Assembly (NCBI RefSeq): GCF_039939235.1 | Contig: NZ_JBDUUF010000012.1 | Span: 83,774-147,773, forward strand | DNA from: Gordonia sp. B21 | GTDB taxonomy: Bacteria; Actinomycetota; Actinomycetes; Mycobacteriales; Mycobacteriaceae | Length of the DNA stretch: 64,000 nt | Direction of reading: 5' to 3' | Shown: positions 12,939 to 23,030 of the stretch, in pieces | How positions within the stretch are numbered: the stretch's first letter is position 1 | Layout of the letters: every line of letters begins with the position of its first letter | Translations under genes and position numbers: made by a program | Notes under the pieces: generated by a model | What the model was told of the DNA's origin: nothing | Database searches by the model: none | The model's input: the letters and a program-made list of their open reading frames with translations, nothing else

Positions 12939-13406
12939 TCATCGTAGACAGCCCTCGATCAGTTCGAGGGCGTACCCGATCGTCTGTGCGAGCACCTCCT
13001 CGGGTTCACCGTCGAACTCCTTGCGGGTCGCGCTCACCCGGCCGCGGTGATCGAGCCCGAACCAGACCGTGCCGGGCGCCGCCTCGTCGGGTTCGGGCCC
13101 GGCCTCGCCGGTCACCGCGACGACGATCTCGGCGTCGAAGAGCCGGGCGGTGGCAGCGGCCATCGAACGCGCGGCGGCCTCGCTGACGACGGGCCCCTCC
13201 GGCACCTCGAGCAGCGAGTACTTGACGTCCGGGTGATAGGCGATGACCCCGCCGCGGAACCAGGTCCCGGCCTGCGGGGCCTTGCTCAGCTCGCTGGCCA
13301 GGTTGCCGCCGGTCAGGGACTCGGCGACGGCGATGTGCTCGTCGCGGTCGAGGACGGCCTTCGCGATCCGCTCGCAGGTGCCGGAGAAGTCACTCACATC
13401 GGACAT
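12939..13406 (-). CDS. CinA C-terminal domain protein (PncC-like NMN deamidase family)
   Basis: AKAVLDRDEHIAVAESLTGGNLASELSKAPQAGTWFRGGVIAY...TGEAGP is the CinA_C pattern. The start was re-placed at ATG 13406. Confidence 0.7.
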   Translation of the reverse strand: MSDVSDFSGTCERIAKAVLDRDEHIAVAESLTGGNLASELSKAPQAGTWFRGGVIAYHPDVKYSLLEVPEGPVVSEAAARSMAAATARLFDAEIVVAVTGEAGPEPDEAAPGTVWFGLDHRGRVSATRKEFDGEPEEVLAQTIGYALELIEGCLR

Positions 13407-13493
13407 GACCGGACGATTACCGGATTCCGGCATTCTCAAACCACTACCTGACGGGTAGTGGCGTGTCGCACCGTCACTCGTCACCCTGTGGAC

Positions 13494-14294
13494 ATGGACC
13501 ACGCGAGCGAGAACCGAACGCCAACCGCGGTGATCTCCCCGGCGATGGGCGTGCCGGCACGGGTGTACCGGCGATTCTCGGAGGCACTGACCGACGACGG
13601 ATTCGACGTCCGGCTCGTACCGCGACGCGGGCTCGAAGAGGGGTCTCCCCCGCCGTCGCGCGGCACCGACTGGTCATATGAGGACGAGGCGGACGATCTC
13701 GCCGCGTCCGTCGCCGAATCCCGGGCGGCCACCGGCGGACCGGTCGTCGTGATCGGGCACAGCCTCGGCGCCCAGCTCGCCGCGCTGGCGGCACAGCGGT
13801 CCGGTGCGGCGCCGGACGGCATCGTCGCGATCGGCGCATCGGTGCCGTGGTTCCGGTTCTACGGGGTCCGCGCCGTGCCGTTCGCGGCGCTCGCCGCCTC
13901 GGTCGCGCCGATCGGCGCCGTCGTCGGTCATTGGCCGAGACAGGGATTCGCGGGTCCGACACCGCGCACGCTCATGCGGCAATGGGCGCGAATGGTGCTG
14001 ACCGGACGTCCGCCCTTCGATCTCGACGGTTCGGTCCGCGTGCCGACGCTCATGGTCCGGCTCGGGGACGACGAACTCGTCACCGATCCCGCCGCGGCCG
14101 CTTTCGAGACGGCCTTCGCGCAGGACGCCCTGACCCGCTGGGTGTACGACGACTCCCTCTGTCCCCCCGAGGGAAACGCGACGCATCTCGGCTGGAGCCG
14201 GACACCGCAGGTGGTGGCCCGGCGGATCGCGCAGTGGTGGCGATCGCACACCGGGGCCGACCCGTTGCGCGAGGGCGCGACCGAATCCGCCTGA
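13494..14294 (+). CDS. alpha/beta-hydrolase fold protein
   Basis: Nucleophile elbow VVVIGHSLGAQLA; size about 266 aa. It is divergent from the CinA-like gene. Confidence 0.6.
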   Translation: MDHASENRTPTAVISPAMGVPARVYRRFSEALTDDGFDVRLVPRRGLEEGSPPPSRGTDWSYEDEADDLAASVAESRAATGGPVVVIGHSLGAQLAALAAQRSGAAPDGIVAIGASVPWFRFYGVRAVPFAALAASVAPIGAVVGHWPRQGFAGPTPRTLMRQWARMVLTGRPPFDLDGSVRVPTLMVRLGDDELVTDPAAAAFETAFAQDALTRWVYDDSLCPPEGNATHLGWSRTPQVVARRIAQWWRSHTGADPLREGATESA

Positions 14295-14297
14295 CGA

Positions 14298-15773
14298 TCA
14301 GGCCTTCCAGGCCCCGGTGGTCGACTCGATTCGCGTCCGGGTGCGTTCCGCGGTGGCACGGCCCCACTCGCCCGTGGAGACGTAGACGATCACCGCGAGG
14401 ATGACCCCGCACACCGCCATCGCGATCCACACGGGCCGCGCCGCGCCGGACAGGCCTTCGGCGATCGGGCCGTCGATCCCGGCGAACGCGATCGCGCCGA
14501 ACACGGCCACGCCGAGCGCGGTGCCGACCTGTCGCCCGGTCGACGCCATCGCAGAGGCTAGACCCGCCTGGGTGCGGGGCATGCCGGACACGGCGCCGTT
14601 GGTGATCGGCGCGTTGAGGAACCCGAAGCCCAGGCCGAAGACCAGATACGATGCACCGACGTAGACATACGAGGTGTCGTCGCCCAGGCCGATGAGCATC
14701 AGCGACCCGGCGATGGTGGCGAACGAGCCGACCATCATCGGCAACCGCGTGCCGCGGTTGCCCACCAGGCGACCCGCGATGGGTGCGCAGACGACCGATG
14801 CGGCGGCCATCGGGAGGGTCATCAGGCCCGCGTTCATCGGCGACAGCCCGCGCACCTCCTGCAGGTACAGCGTGTTGAGGAACAGGAATCCGCCCGTCGC
14901 GGCGAAGGCGATCACCGCGCATGCGACGGCGCTGGTGAAGGGCGCGCTGCCGAAGAACCGCGGGTCGAGCAGCGGTTCGTCGCGGCGGTTCTCGTACCAG
15001 ACCAGAACGACGAGCGCGACCGCGGAGACCGCGAAGCAGCCGAGCACCGTCGGCGACGTCCAGCCGAGCGGACGGCCCTCGATGATCGCGAAGGTGAGGG
15101 TCGCGAGGAAGGCGAGGACCAGCACCTGCCCGACCGGGTCGGCGCGTCGTGCGTGTTCGGCGCGGGACTCGGGGACGAACCGAGTGGTGAGTGCGAGCGC
15201 GAGAAGGCAGACCGGCACGTTGAGCCAGAAGATGGCCTCCCAGCCGATCCCGGAGACGAGCGCGCCACCCACCACCGGGCCGAACGCCATGCTCAGACCG
15301 AAGGCCGTGCCCCACACGCCGATCGCCTGTGCCCGCTCCCGCGGGTCGACGAACACGTTGGTGACGATCGCCAGCGCGACCGGGTTCAGCATCGATCCGC
15401 CGATCGCCTGCACCATGCGGGCGCCGATGAGGAACTCGGCGCTGGGCGCGAGCGAACAGAGAACCGACGCCACCCCGAAGACCAGCAGGCCCACACGGAA
15501 GATCCGCTTGCGGCCGAAGCGGTCGCCGAGCGTGCCGCCGAAGATCAGCAGGCTCGCGATCACGAGTGCGTACGAGTCGAGCACCCACTGCAGTTGCGAC
15601 TCGGTGGCGTCGAGGTCGTGACCGATGGACGGGATGGCGACGTTCAACGCGGAGACGTCGAGTCCGACGATGAACAGGCTCAGACAGCACGTCGCGAGGA
15701 TGACGACCCGGTCGCGGCGGGTCAGGGTGCCGCCTGCGGATCGGGCATGGAGTGCGGACACCGCGCCGTTCAC
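14298..15773 (-). CDS. MFS transporter, DHA2 (EmrB/QacA) drug:H+ antiporter family, about 14 TM
   Basis: LSLFIVGLDVSALNVAIPSIGHDL...GDRFGRKRIF motifs and multiple TM helices. Confidence 0.85.
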   Translation of the reverse strand: MNGAVSALHARSAGGTLTRRDRVVILATCCLSLFIVGLDVSALNVAIPSIGHDLDATESQLQWVLDSYALVIASLLIFGGTLGDRFGRKRIFRVGLLVFGVASVLCSLAPSAEFLIGARMVQAIGGSMLNPVALAIVTNVFVDPRERAQAIGVWGTAFGLSMAFGPVVGGALVSGIGWEAIFWLNVPVCLLALALTTRFVPESRAEHARRADPVGQVLVLAFLATLTFAIIEGRPLGWTSPTVLGCFAVSAVALVVLVWYENRRDEPLLDPRFFGSAPFTSAVACAVIAFAATGGFLFLNTLYLQEVRGLSPMNAGLMTLPMAAASVVCAPIAGRLVGNRGTRLPMMVGSFATIAGSLMLIGLGDDTSYVYVGASYLVFGLGFGFLNAPITNGAVSGMPRTQAGLASAMASTGRQVGTALGVAVFGAIAFAGIDGPIAEGLSGAARPVWIAMAVCGVILAVIVYVSTGEWGRATAERTRTRIESTTGAWKA

Positions 15774-16219
15774 GACTCCGCCGCCCGGCGGAGCTTCTCG
15801 AGCAGTCCCGCGAGTTGCCGGAGCTCGGCGTCGGTGAGGGCGTCGAACATGTCCGGCGCGGTGGCCGGATTGTCGGTCACCGCGGTGACCACCCGCCGGC
15901 CCGCCTCGGTGATGGTGACGCGCCGGCAGCGACGGTCGTCCGGGTCGTCCTCACGGGTCACGAGCCCGTGTTCGACGAGATCGTCGACGATCCCGCTCAT
16001 CGCCGATTTGTCGACGCCCATCCGCTGCGCGAGCTCACGCTGGGTCATCGGCTGCACCGCGACGCGACGCAGCGCGCGGAACCGGCTGAACGGGATGTCG
16101 ATGACCTCGGTGATCCGGGCTCGCGACTCCCGCGACTGGTCCCGGACCAGGCTGTTCATCGTGAACCAGACCTCGGTCGCCGTCGGGGTGCCGGCGCGCG
16201 CCGGGTTGGTTGCAGACAT
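15770..16219 (-). CDS. MarR-family transcriptional regulator (co-transcribed with the MFS pump; stop/start overlap)
   Basis: Winged HTH MTQRELAQRMGVDKSAMSGIVDDLVEHGLVTREDDPDDRRCRRVTIT. Confidence 0.85.
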   Translation of the reverse strand: MSATNPARAGTPTATEVWFTMNSLVRDQSRESRARITEVIDIPFSRFRALRRVAVQPMTQRELAQRMGVDKSAMSGIVDDLVEHGLVTREDDPDDRRCRRVTITEAGRRVVTAVTDNPATAPDMFDALTDAELRQLAGLLEKLRRAAES

Positions 16220-16273
16220 ACAACCATCGTAGATCTACAACCATCTGGTGGTCCAGGGCGCGGCGTCCGCACC

Positions 16274-17038
16274 TCAGGGCGAAAAGGTGCCGTGGCGGCC
16301 CGCTCCCCCGGCGAAACGTGTTGCGCCGGCCACGGTGTCGGCCTTCAGGGACACCATCCCGTGGTGGAGTTCGTTGACCATCGCCGAGTCGACGTCCATG
16401 CCGTGCTGCTCGCGCACCGACGCCCGGTCCTCGCGCAGGCAGGTCTGCGGGAACGCGGCGATCTGTTCGGCGATCTCGACGGCGGCGTCGAGGGCGGTGC
16501 CGGACGGGACCACCCGATTCGCCAGACCGATCCGCAGGGCCTCGTCGGCGGAGACGGGGCGGCCGGTGAGGATGAGGTCCATCGCACGGCTCTCGCCGAT
16601 CAGCCGCGGCAACCGGACCGTGCCGCCGTCGATGAGCGGCACACCCCACCGCCGGCAGAACACCCCGAACACGGCGTCCTCGTCGGCGACGCGCAGGTCG
16701 GCCCACAGCGCCAACTCGAGGCCGCCCGCGACGGCGTGACCGGAGATCGCGGCGATCACCGGCTTGGACAGCTTCATCCGCGTCGGACCCATCGGACCGT
16801 CGCCGTCGAACTCCACCCGGTTGGCATCGCCTTCGGCGATGGCCTTGAGATCGGCCCCGGCACAGAAGGTCCCGCCCTCGCCGTAGAGGACGGCGACCGA
16901 CGCCGACCCGTCGGCGTCGAACCGGCGGAACGCTTCGGCGAGTGCCTCCGCGGTCGCCCGGTCGACGGCATTGCGACGATCCGGCCGGTCGATTCCGATG
17001 ATCCGGACCGGCCCCTGCGACCGTTCGATCACTCCCAT
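16274..17038 (-). CDS. enoyl-CoA hydratase/isomerase (crotonase) family protein
   Basis: FCAGADLKA oxyanion-hole region; AISGHAVAGGLELALWADLRVA. The start was re-placed at ATG 17038; the track ORF has a 67-aa false extension. Confidence 0.8.
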   Translation of the reverse strand: MGVIERSQGPVRIIGIDRPDRRNAVDRATAEALAEAFRRFDADGSASVAVLYGEGGTFCAGADLKAIAEGDANRVEFDGDGPMGPTRMKLSKPVIAAISGHAVAGGLELALWADLRVADEDAVFGVFCRRWGVPLIDGGTVRLPRLIGESRAMDLILTGRPVSADEALRIGLANRVVPSGTALDAAVEIAEQIAAFPQTCLREDRASVREQHGMDVDSAMVNELHHGMVSLKADTVAGATRFAGGAGRHGTFSP

Positions 17039-17057
17039 GGTGCTCACCGCCGCCAGA

Positions 17058-20000
17058 TCAGGTGTTGAAGTACTTGGCCTCGGGGTGATGCAGCACGAAG
17101 GCGTCGGTGGACTGCTCCGGATGCAGCTGCAACTCCTCGGACAACTCGACGCCGATGCGCTCGGGCTCGAGCAGCGCGACCATCTTGGCGCGGTCCTCGA
17201 GGTTCGGGCAGGCGCCGTAGCCGAACGAGAAACGCGCACCGCGGTATTCGAGGTCGAAGAAGCCCTGCGGATGATCCGGGTCCTCGGCGGCCACGCTGCG
17301 ATCGTCGAACCGCAGTTCGCTGCGCACCCGCTGGTGCCAGTACTCGGCGAGCGCCTCGGTCAACTGCACGCCGATGCCGTGGACCTCGAGGTAGTCGCGG
17401 TATGCGTTCTCGGCGAACAGCTTGTTGGCGAAGTCCGCGATCGGCTGGCCCATGGTCACCAGCTGGAACGGCATCACGTCGACGCGGCCGGCCTCGCGGG
17501 CCGCGTCGCGGGACCGGATGAAGTCCGCGATGCACAGGAAACGCGACCGCTGCTGACGCGGGAACTCGAAACTGTGGACCACCTCGGCGTCGGGGTCGGC
17601 CTCGGCGAGCACATGGACGATGTTGCCCTCGCTGACAGCCGGGAAGTAGCCGTACACCACCGCGGCGTGCTGCAGGATGTTCTCGGTCGCGAGGCGATCG
17701 ATCCAGTACCGCAGCCGCGGACGGCCCTCCGTCTCGACGAGCTCCTCATACGACGGGCCCTCGCCACCGCGGGCGCCGCGCAGGCCCCACTGGCCGAGGA
17801 ACAGCGCACGCTCGTCGAGGAACTGCAGGTAGTCGGCGACCGGGATGCCCTTGACGATCCGGGTCCCCCAGAACGGTGGCGTGGGGATCTCGTTGTCGGC
17901 GGCCACGTCCGAGCGTGCCGGCACCTCGACCGGGGTCTCGGCGGCCTTGCGCTTCTCCGCGATCCGCTTGGACCGTTCGTGACGCGCCTTGCGCTCGGCG
18001 GCCTTGGCGGCGGCGGCCTTGGCCTCCTCGCTGTCCGGATCCGGGCCCTCGCCACGCTTGCGGGCCATGATCTCGTCCATCAGGCGCAGACCCTCGAAGG
18101 CATCCCGTGCGTAGTGCACGTCGCCCTCGTAGACCTCGGACAGGTCGTTCTCGACGTAGGTGCGCGTCAGCGCGGCACCGCCGAGCAGGACCGGGTACTC
18201 GTCGGCGAGGCCCCGGGAGTTGATCTCCTCGAGGTTCTCCTTCATCACGACGGTCGACTTCACCAGCAGCCCCGACATACCGATGACGTCGGCCTTTTTG
18301 TCCACGGCCACCTCGAGGATCGTCGAGATCGGCTGCTTGATGCCGATGTTGACGACCTCGTAGCCGTTGTTCGACAGGATGATGTCGACGAGGTTCTTGC
18401 CGATGTCGTGCACGTCGCCCTTGACGGTCGCGAGCACGATGCGGCCCTTCCCGTCCTCACCGGTCGACTCCATGTGCGGTTCGAGGTGTGCCACCGCGGC
18501 CTTCATCACCTCGGCGGACTGCAGCACGAACGGCAGCTGCATCTGTCCGGAGCCGAACAACTCGCCGACGGTCTTCATGCCCGACAGCAGCGTCTCGTTG
18601 ATGATCTCCAGGGGCGGCACCTGCGTCATCGCCTCGTCGAGGTCGTCGGTCAGGCCGTCGCGCTCGCCGTCGACGATGCGCCGTTCCAGACGCTCGAACA
18701 GCGGCAGCCTCGCCAGTTCCTGCGCACGCGACTCGCGCGCCGACGCCGCGGACACACCCTCGAAGAGCTGCATGAGCTTCTGCAGCGGGTCGTAGCCCTC
18801 ACGACGACGGTCGTAGACGAGGTCGAGCGCGACCTGACGGTGCTCCTCGGGGATGCGGGCCATCGGCAGGATCTTCGAGGCGTGCACGATCGCGGTGTCG
18901 AGACCCGCCTGCACGCACTCGTGCAGGAACACGGAGTTGAGGACCTGACGCGCAGCGGGATTCAGGCCGAACGAGATGTTCGAGATGCCGAGCGTGAAGT
19001 GGACGTCCGGGTGCGCCTGCTTGAGCCGGCGGATCGCCTCGATGGTCTCGATGCCGTCGCGCCGCACCTCCTCCTGACCCGTGGAGATCGGGAAGGTCAG
19101 GGTGTCGATGATGATGTCCTCTTCGGCGAGGCCCCAGTTGCCGGTGATGTCGGCGATGAGACGCTCGGCGACGCGCACCTTCCAGTCCGCGGTGCGGGCC
19201 TGGCCCTCCTCGTCGATGGTCAGCGCGACGACCGCCGCGCCGTGCTCGACGACGAGCTCCATGATCTTGTGGAACCGCGAGTCCGGGCCGTCGCCGTCCT
19301 CGTAGTTCACCGAGTTCACCGCGCAACGGCCGCCCAGCGTCTCGAGACCGGCGCGGATGACCTCCGGCTCGGTCGAGTCCAGCATGATCGGCAGCGTCGA
19401 CGACGTCGCGAAGCGGCGGGCCAGCTCGGTCATGTCGGCGGCGCCGTCGCGGCCCACGTAGTCGACGTTGAGGTCGAGCATGTGGGCGCCGTCGCGGGTC
19501 TGGTCCTTCGCGATGTCCAGGCACTTCTGGTAGTCGCCGGCGATCATCGCCTCGCGGAATGCCTTGGAACCGTTGGTGTTCGTCCGCTCGCCGATGACGA
19601 GGAAGCTGGCGTCCTGGTCGAATGGCACCGCCGTGTACAGCGACGAGGTCTCCGGAATGTGCTCGGGGTTGCGAGTGGTCGGGGTGACCTCGGCGACCGC
19701 CTCCGCGACCTGTCGGATGTGCTCGGGCGTGGTGCCGCAGCAACCGCCGACGAACTGCAGGCCGAACTCGCCGACGAACTGCGCGAGCGCCTCGGACAGC
19801 TCCTCGGGGGTCAGCGGGTACTCGGCGCCGTTGGGGCCGAGCACCGGCAGGCCGGCGTTCGGCATCACCGACACCGGGATCCGCGCGTGCTTGGACAGGT
19901 AACGCAGGTGCTCGCTCATCTCGGCGGGGCCGGTGGCGCAGTTCAGGCCGATCACGTCGACGCCGAGCGGCTCGATCGCGGCGAGCGCGGCGCCGATCTC

Positions 20001-20648
20001 CGACCCGAGCAGCATCGTGCCGGTGGTCTCCACGGTGACGTGGGTGATGATCGGGATGCGGCGGCCGACCCGGTCCATCGCGCGCTTGGCGGCGATGACG
20101 GCGGCCTTCACCTGCAGAAGGTCCTGGGAGGTCTCGATGAGCACCGCGTCGGCGCCGCCGTCGAGCATGCCGATGACGCATTCGAGGTAGGCGTCGCGGA
20201 TCGCGGCGAAGGTCGTGTGTCCGAGGCTCGGCAGCTTGGTACCCGGACCGATCGAACCCAGCACATACCGGTCGAACCCGTCGGCGGTCTTGCCCATCTC
20301 GTCGGCGACGCCGCGCGCGATCGCGGTGCCCTTGTAGGACAGCTCGCGGATGCGGTCGGCGATGTCGTAGTCACCGAGGTTGGACAGGTTGCAGCCGAAG
20401 GTGTTGGTCTCCACCGCGTCGGCGCCGGCCGAGAAGTAGGCACGATGGATGCCCTCGAGCACGTCGGGACGGGTGTCGTTGAGGATCTCGTTGCAACCCT
20501 CGAGGCCACGGAAGTCGTCGAGGGTCAGGTCCGCGGCCTGCAGCATCGTCCCCATCGCCCCGTCACCGATCAGGACGCGCCGCGACATCGCCGACATGAA
20601 CGTCGTGTCGAAGTCGGGCGGTCGGTGGCCGGAGTTTTCGAAGGACAT
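17058..20648 (-). CDS. metH: cobalamin-dependent methionine synthase
   Basis: Collinear with MetH over about 1196 aa: Hcy-binding GAMGT, pterin domain, B12-binding VKGDVHDIGKNLV, and C-terminal reactivation domain (...HPEAKYFNT). The true start is ATG 20648 (MSFENSGHRPPD...). The 1537-aa track ORF is a false extension. Confidence 0.95.
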   Translation of the reverse strand: MSFENSGHRPPDFDTTFMSAMSRRVLIGDGAMGTMLQAADLTLDDFRGLEGCNEILNDTRPDVLEGIHRAYFSAGADAVETNTFGCNLSNLGDYDIADRIRELSYKGTAIARGVADEMGKTADGFDRYVLGSIGPGTKLPSLGHTTFAAIRDAYLECVIGMLDGGADAVLIETSQDLLQVKAAVIAAKRAMDRVGRRIPIITHVTVETTGTMLLGSEIGAALAAIEPLGVDVIGLNCATGPAEMSEHLRYLSKHARIPVSVMPNAGLPVLGPNGAEYPLTPEELSEALAQFVGEFGLQFVGGCCGTTPEHIRQVAEAVAEVTPTTRNPEHIPETSSLYTAVPFDQDASFLVIGERTNTNGSKAFREAMIAGDYQKCLDIAKDQTRDGAHMLDLNVDYVGRDGAADMTELARRFATSSTLPIMLDSTEPEVIRAGLETLGGRCAVNSVNYEDGDGPDSRFHKIMELVVEHGAAVVALTIDEEGQARTADWKVRVAERLIADITGNWGLAEEDIIIDTLTFPISTGQEEVRRDGIETIEAIRRLKQAHPDVHFTLGISNISFGLNPAARQVLNSVFLHECVQAGLDTAIVHASKILPMARIPEEHRQVALDLVYDRRREGYDPLQKLMQLFEGVSAASARESRAQELARLPLFERLERRIVDGERDGLTDDLDEAMTQVPPLEIINETLLSGMKTVGELFGSGQMQLPFVLQSAEVMKAAVAHLEPHMESTGEDGKGRIVLATVKGDVHDIGKNLVDIILSNNGYEVVNIGIKQPISTILEVAVDKKADVIGMSGLLVKSTVVMKENLEEINSRGLADEYPVLLGGAALTRTYVENDLSEVYEGDVHYARDAFEGLRLMDEIMARKRGEGPDPDSEEAKAAAAKAAERKARHERSKRIAEKRKAAETPVEVPARSDVAADNEIPTPPFWGTRIVKGIPVADYLQFLDERALFLGQWGLRGARGGEGPSYEELVETEGRPRLRYWIDRLATENILQHAAVVYGYFPAVSEGNIVHVLAEADPDAEVVHSFEFPRQQRSRFLCIADFIRSRDAAREAGRVDVMPFQLVTMGQPIADFANKLFAENAYRDYLEVHGIGVQLTEALAEYWHQRVRSELRFDDRSVAAEDPDHPQGFFDLEYRGARFSFGYGACPNLEDRAKMVALLEPERIGVELSEELQLHPEQSTDAFVLHHPEAKYFNT

Positions 20649-20699
20649 GGTTGACAGCGTAGTTCGCCCTCTCTGCGTGTTCGGTCGTAGGCTGGTTCG

Positions 20700-21578
20700 G
20701 TGAACGCTGAGCAGATGTCCAACCTTCCCCGGCTGCGCAGACCCATTCTGCTCGCAGCCTTCGAGGGATGGAATGACGCCGGGGACGCCGCCAGCAGCGC
20801 GGTCGAGCATCTCGCACTCGAGTGGGACGCCGTACCGCTCGTCGACATCGACTCCGATGAATACTACGACTTCCAGGTCAACCGGCCCACCATCAAGCTG
20901 ATCGACGGCGTGACCCGGCGCATCGAATGGCCCACCACCTCCGTCTCCTACTGCAGCCCGCGCGGCGCCGACCGCGACATCGTGCTGGTACGCGGCATCG
21001 AGCCGAACATGCGCTGGCGCGCCTTCTGCGCCGAGATCGTCGAACTCGCCCAGCGCCTCGAGGTCGAGACGACGGTCATGCTCGGTGCGCTCCTCGCCGA
21101 CACCCCGCACACCCGTCCGGTCCCCGTGACCGGGTCGGCGTACAGCAGTGAGACGGCCGCCCGTTACCACCTGACGGAGAGCCGCTACGAGGGTCCGACC
21201 GGGATCACCGGCGTGCTGCAGGACCTCTTCGTCCAGGCGGGCGTGCCGGCCGTGTCGTTCTGGGCCGCGGTTCCGCATTACGTGTCCACGCCGCCGAACC
21301 CGAAGGCGACCGTCGCCCTGCTGACCCGGGTCGAGGAGGTCCTCGACATCGAGGTGCCGCTCGGCACGCTGCCCGAGCAGGCCGAGGAGTGGGAGCGCGC
21401 GGTCACCGAGATGACCGAGGACGACGAGGAGATCGCCGAGTACGTCCGCGGCCTGGAGGAGCGCGGCGACGCCGAGCTCGATCCCGACGAGGTGATGGCG
21501 AAGATCGACGGGGACGCGCTGGCCGCCGAGTTCGAGCGCTATCTGCGTCGTCGCGGACAGGGGCCGTTCGGAGGTTGA
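20700..21578 (+). CDS. PAC2-family (proteasome-assembly-chaperone-like) protein, Rv2125 homolog
   Basis: LRRPILLAAFEGWNDAGDAAS...NMRWRAFCAE...FWAAVPHYVSTPPNPKATVALL matches Rv2125 throughout. GTG start 20700; ATG 20715 is an alternative. Confidence 0.75.
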   Translation: MNAEQMSNLPRLRRPILLAAFEGWNDAGDAASSAVEHLALEWDAVPLVDIDSDEYYDFQVNRPTIKLIDGVTRRIEWPTTSVSYCSPRGADRDIVLVRGIEPNMRWRAFCAEIVELAQRLEVETTVMLGALLADTPHTRPVPVTGSAYSSETAARYHLTESRYEGPTGITGVLQDLFVQAGVPAVSFWAAVPHYVSTPPNPKATVALLTRVEEVLDIEVPLGTLPEQAEEWERAVTEMTEDDEEIAEYVRGLEERGDAELDPDEVMAKIDGDALAAEFERYLRRRGQGPFGG

Positions 21579-21658
21579 GCGGCCACCGGTCGACGGCGGG
21601 GCGACGGGCCGGCGCCGGGCTCGCGGCGGGCGTCGCCGCACTCGGAGCCGGCACGGCG

Positions 21659-22687
21659 ATGTACGCCGCACGCAATCTCACCTACGACACCCGCGAGGCC
21701 GCCCGGCTCGCGTCGAGCGGGATGCACGCGCGTGCCGTCGGCATGCCCGACGGTGCCGTCATCGGCTACGGGGAGGGTCCGCGCCGCGGTCCGGCGCTGC
21801 TGCTCGTCCACGGCCAGCAGGTGTCGTGGGCGGACTACGCCGCGGTGCTGGGCGCGCTGACCCGCGACTGGCACGTGTTCGCGGTCGACTGTTTCGGTCA
21901 CGGGGCGTCGGCCAAGGAGCCGGCGCTCTATCCGGCGTTGCCGCAGACCCGGGCGCTGGCCTGGTTCGTCGAGAACGTCATCGGTGAACCGGTGGTCGTG
22001 GCGGGCCATTGCTCGGGCGGACTCCTGGCGACGTGTCTGGCGGCCGACTTCCCCGACCGCGTGCAGGCCGTGCTGATCGAGGATGCGCCGTTCTTCGGGA
22101 CCGAACCCGACCGCGCACGGGCGACCTACGCCTGGCGCGACACCTTCCGCAACATCCACCGGTACCTCGAGGCCGCGTCATCGACCGACGCGGCCGGCTG
22201 GACCCGGTTCTGGCTCCGCAACAGCCACCTGCGGACGATGTTCGGCGACCGCGCGTGGAACAGGCTCGTCCGCGGGCCGGTGGAGAGACGCCTCGACCGC
22301 GATCCGCACGTGCTCCCCAAGCTGTGGTGGCTGCCGCCGACGCTCAACCGCGCGATCGCGCTCACCGCATGCCTGCAGGACGGGACGGGCGACTACGACC
22401 TGCGCTACGGGGACCTGTTCTACGACGGCGCCTGGCTCGCCGGTTACGACCAGGCCGAGACGCTCGGACGGGTCCTCGTGCCCACGACGCTCCTACACGC
22501 GACGACCCACCAGCAGGACGGCGTCCTGCTCGGCGCGATGACCTCCGACGACGCGATCCGGGCGCACACGCTCATGCCGGATTGCCTGCTGATCGACCGC
22601 ATCCCCTCGGGACACGACATCCACCGACAGCGGCCGGCGCTCTACGTCGACGCGCTGAACGCGTTGCGCAAGCGGATCCGCGGCTAG
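21659..22687 (+). CDS. alpha/beta-hydrolase fold protein
   Basis: LLLVHGQQVSWADY ... VVVAGHCSGGLLA elbow. Start set at the first in-frame ATG after the PAC2 stop (no ATG/GTG/TTG upstream in frame). Confidence 0.6.
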   Translation: MYAARNLTYDTREAARLASSGMHARAVGMPDGAVIGYGEGPRRGPALLLVHGQQVSWADYAAVLGALTRDWHVFAVDCFGHGASAKEPALYPALPQTRALAWFVENVIGEPVVVAGHCSGGLLATCLAADFPDRVQAVLIEDAPFFGTEPDRARATYAWRDTFRNIHRYLEAASSTDAAGWTRFWLRNSHLRTMFGDRAWNRLVRGPVERRLDRDPHVLPKLWWLPPTLNRAIALTACLQDGTGDYDLRYGDLFYDGAWLAGYDQAETLGRVLVPTTLLHATTHQQDGVLLGAMTSDDAIRAHTLMPDCLLIDRIPSGHDIHRQRPALYVDALNALRKRIRG

Positions 22688-22688
22688 C

Positions 22689-22997
22689 TCAGCCGATCTT
22701 CTCGATGGAGACGACCGGCGTGGTGATGCGCCACGTGCGAACGTCCGGGTCGTCGGCCGCGCGCACCCAGAACTGGGCGGATTCGCCCAGCCGGCAGGAC
22801 TTGACCCCGAGCAGCGGGATGTCCTCGGAGTCGCGGCGCAGCCGGCTCACCGTCCACTCCTCGCTCTCCGTGCCCCCGACGCCGGGAGCACGCAACAGCG
22901 TCATCTCGTCGAAGTCGAGCAGATACGTGGACGTCCGGGTGACCACGGTGAACACCCCGGAGTCCGTGTCAGGTCGGATCTCTTGCACACGCGCCAC
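22689..22997 (-). CDS. small hypothetical protein (102 aa)
   Basis: Open frame with GC3-rich codon usage, convergent on the hydrolase gene. No recognisable motif. Confidence 0.35.
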   Translation of the reverse strand: MARVQEIRPDTDSGVFTVVTRTSTYLLDFDEMTLLRAPGVGGTESEEWTVSRLRRDSEDIPLLGVKSCRLGESAQFWVRAADDPDVRTWRITTPVVSIEKIG

Positions 22998-23030
22998 GAG
23001 AGCACTTTACCCAGAGTCTCGTCGCGGCGA

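Noticed and set aside
14080-15690. 536-aa minus-strand ORF and 14674..15621 plus-strand ORF
   Set aside because: Alternative frames of the MFS transporter gene; Arg-rich, no TM pattern.
16971-20654. 1227-aa plus-strand ORF
   Set aside because: It is antisense to metH. The Arg/Gly/Asp-rich, low-complexity translation is typical of the reverse frame of a high-GC gene; no domain.
20649-21671. N-terminal 341 aa of the 1537-aa 'metH' track ORF
   Set aside because: It has no MetH homology and overlaps the divergent PAC2 gene. The real start is ATG 20648 (MSFENSG…).
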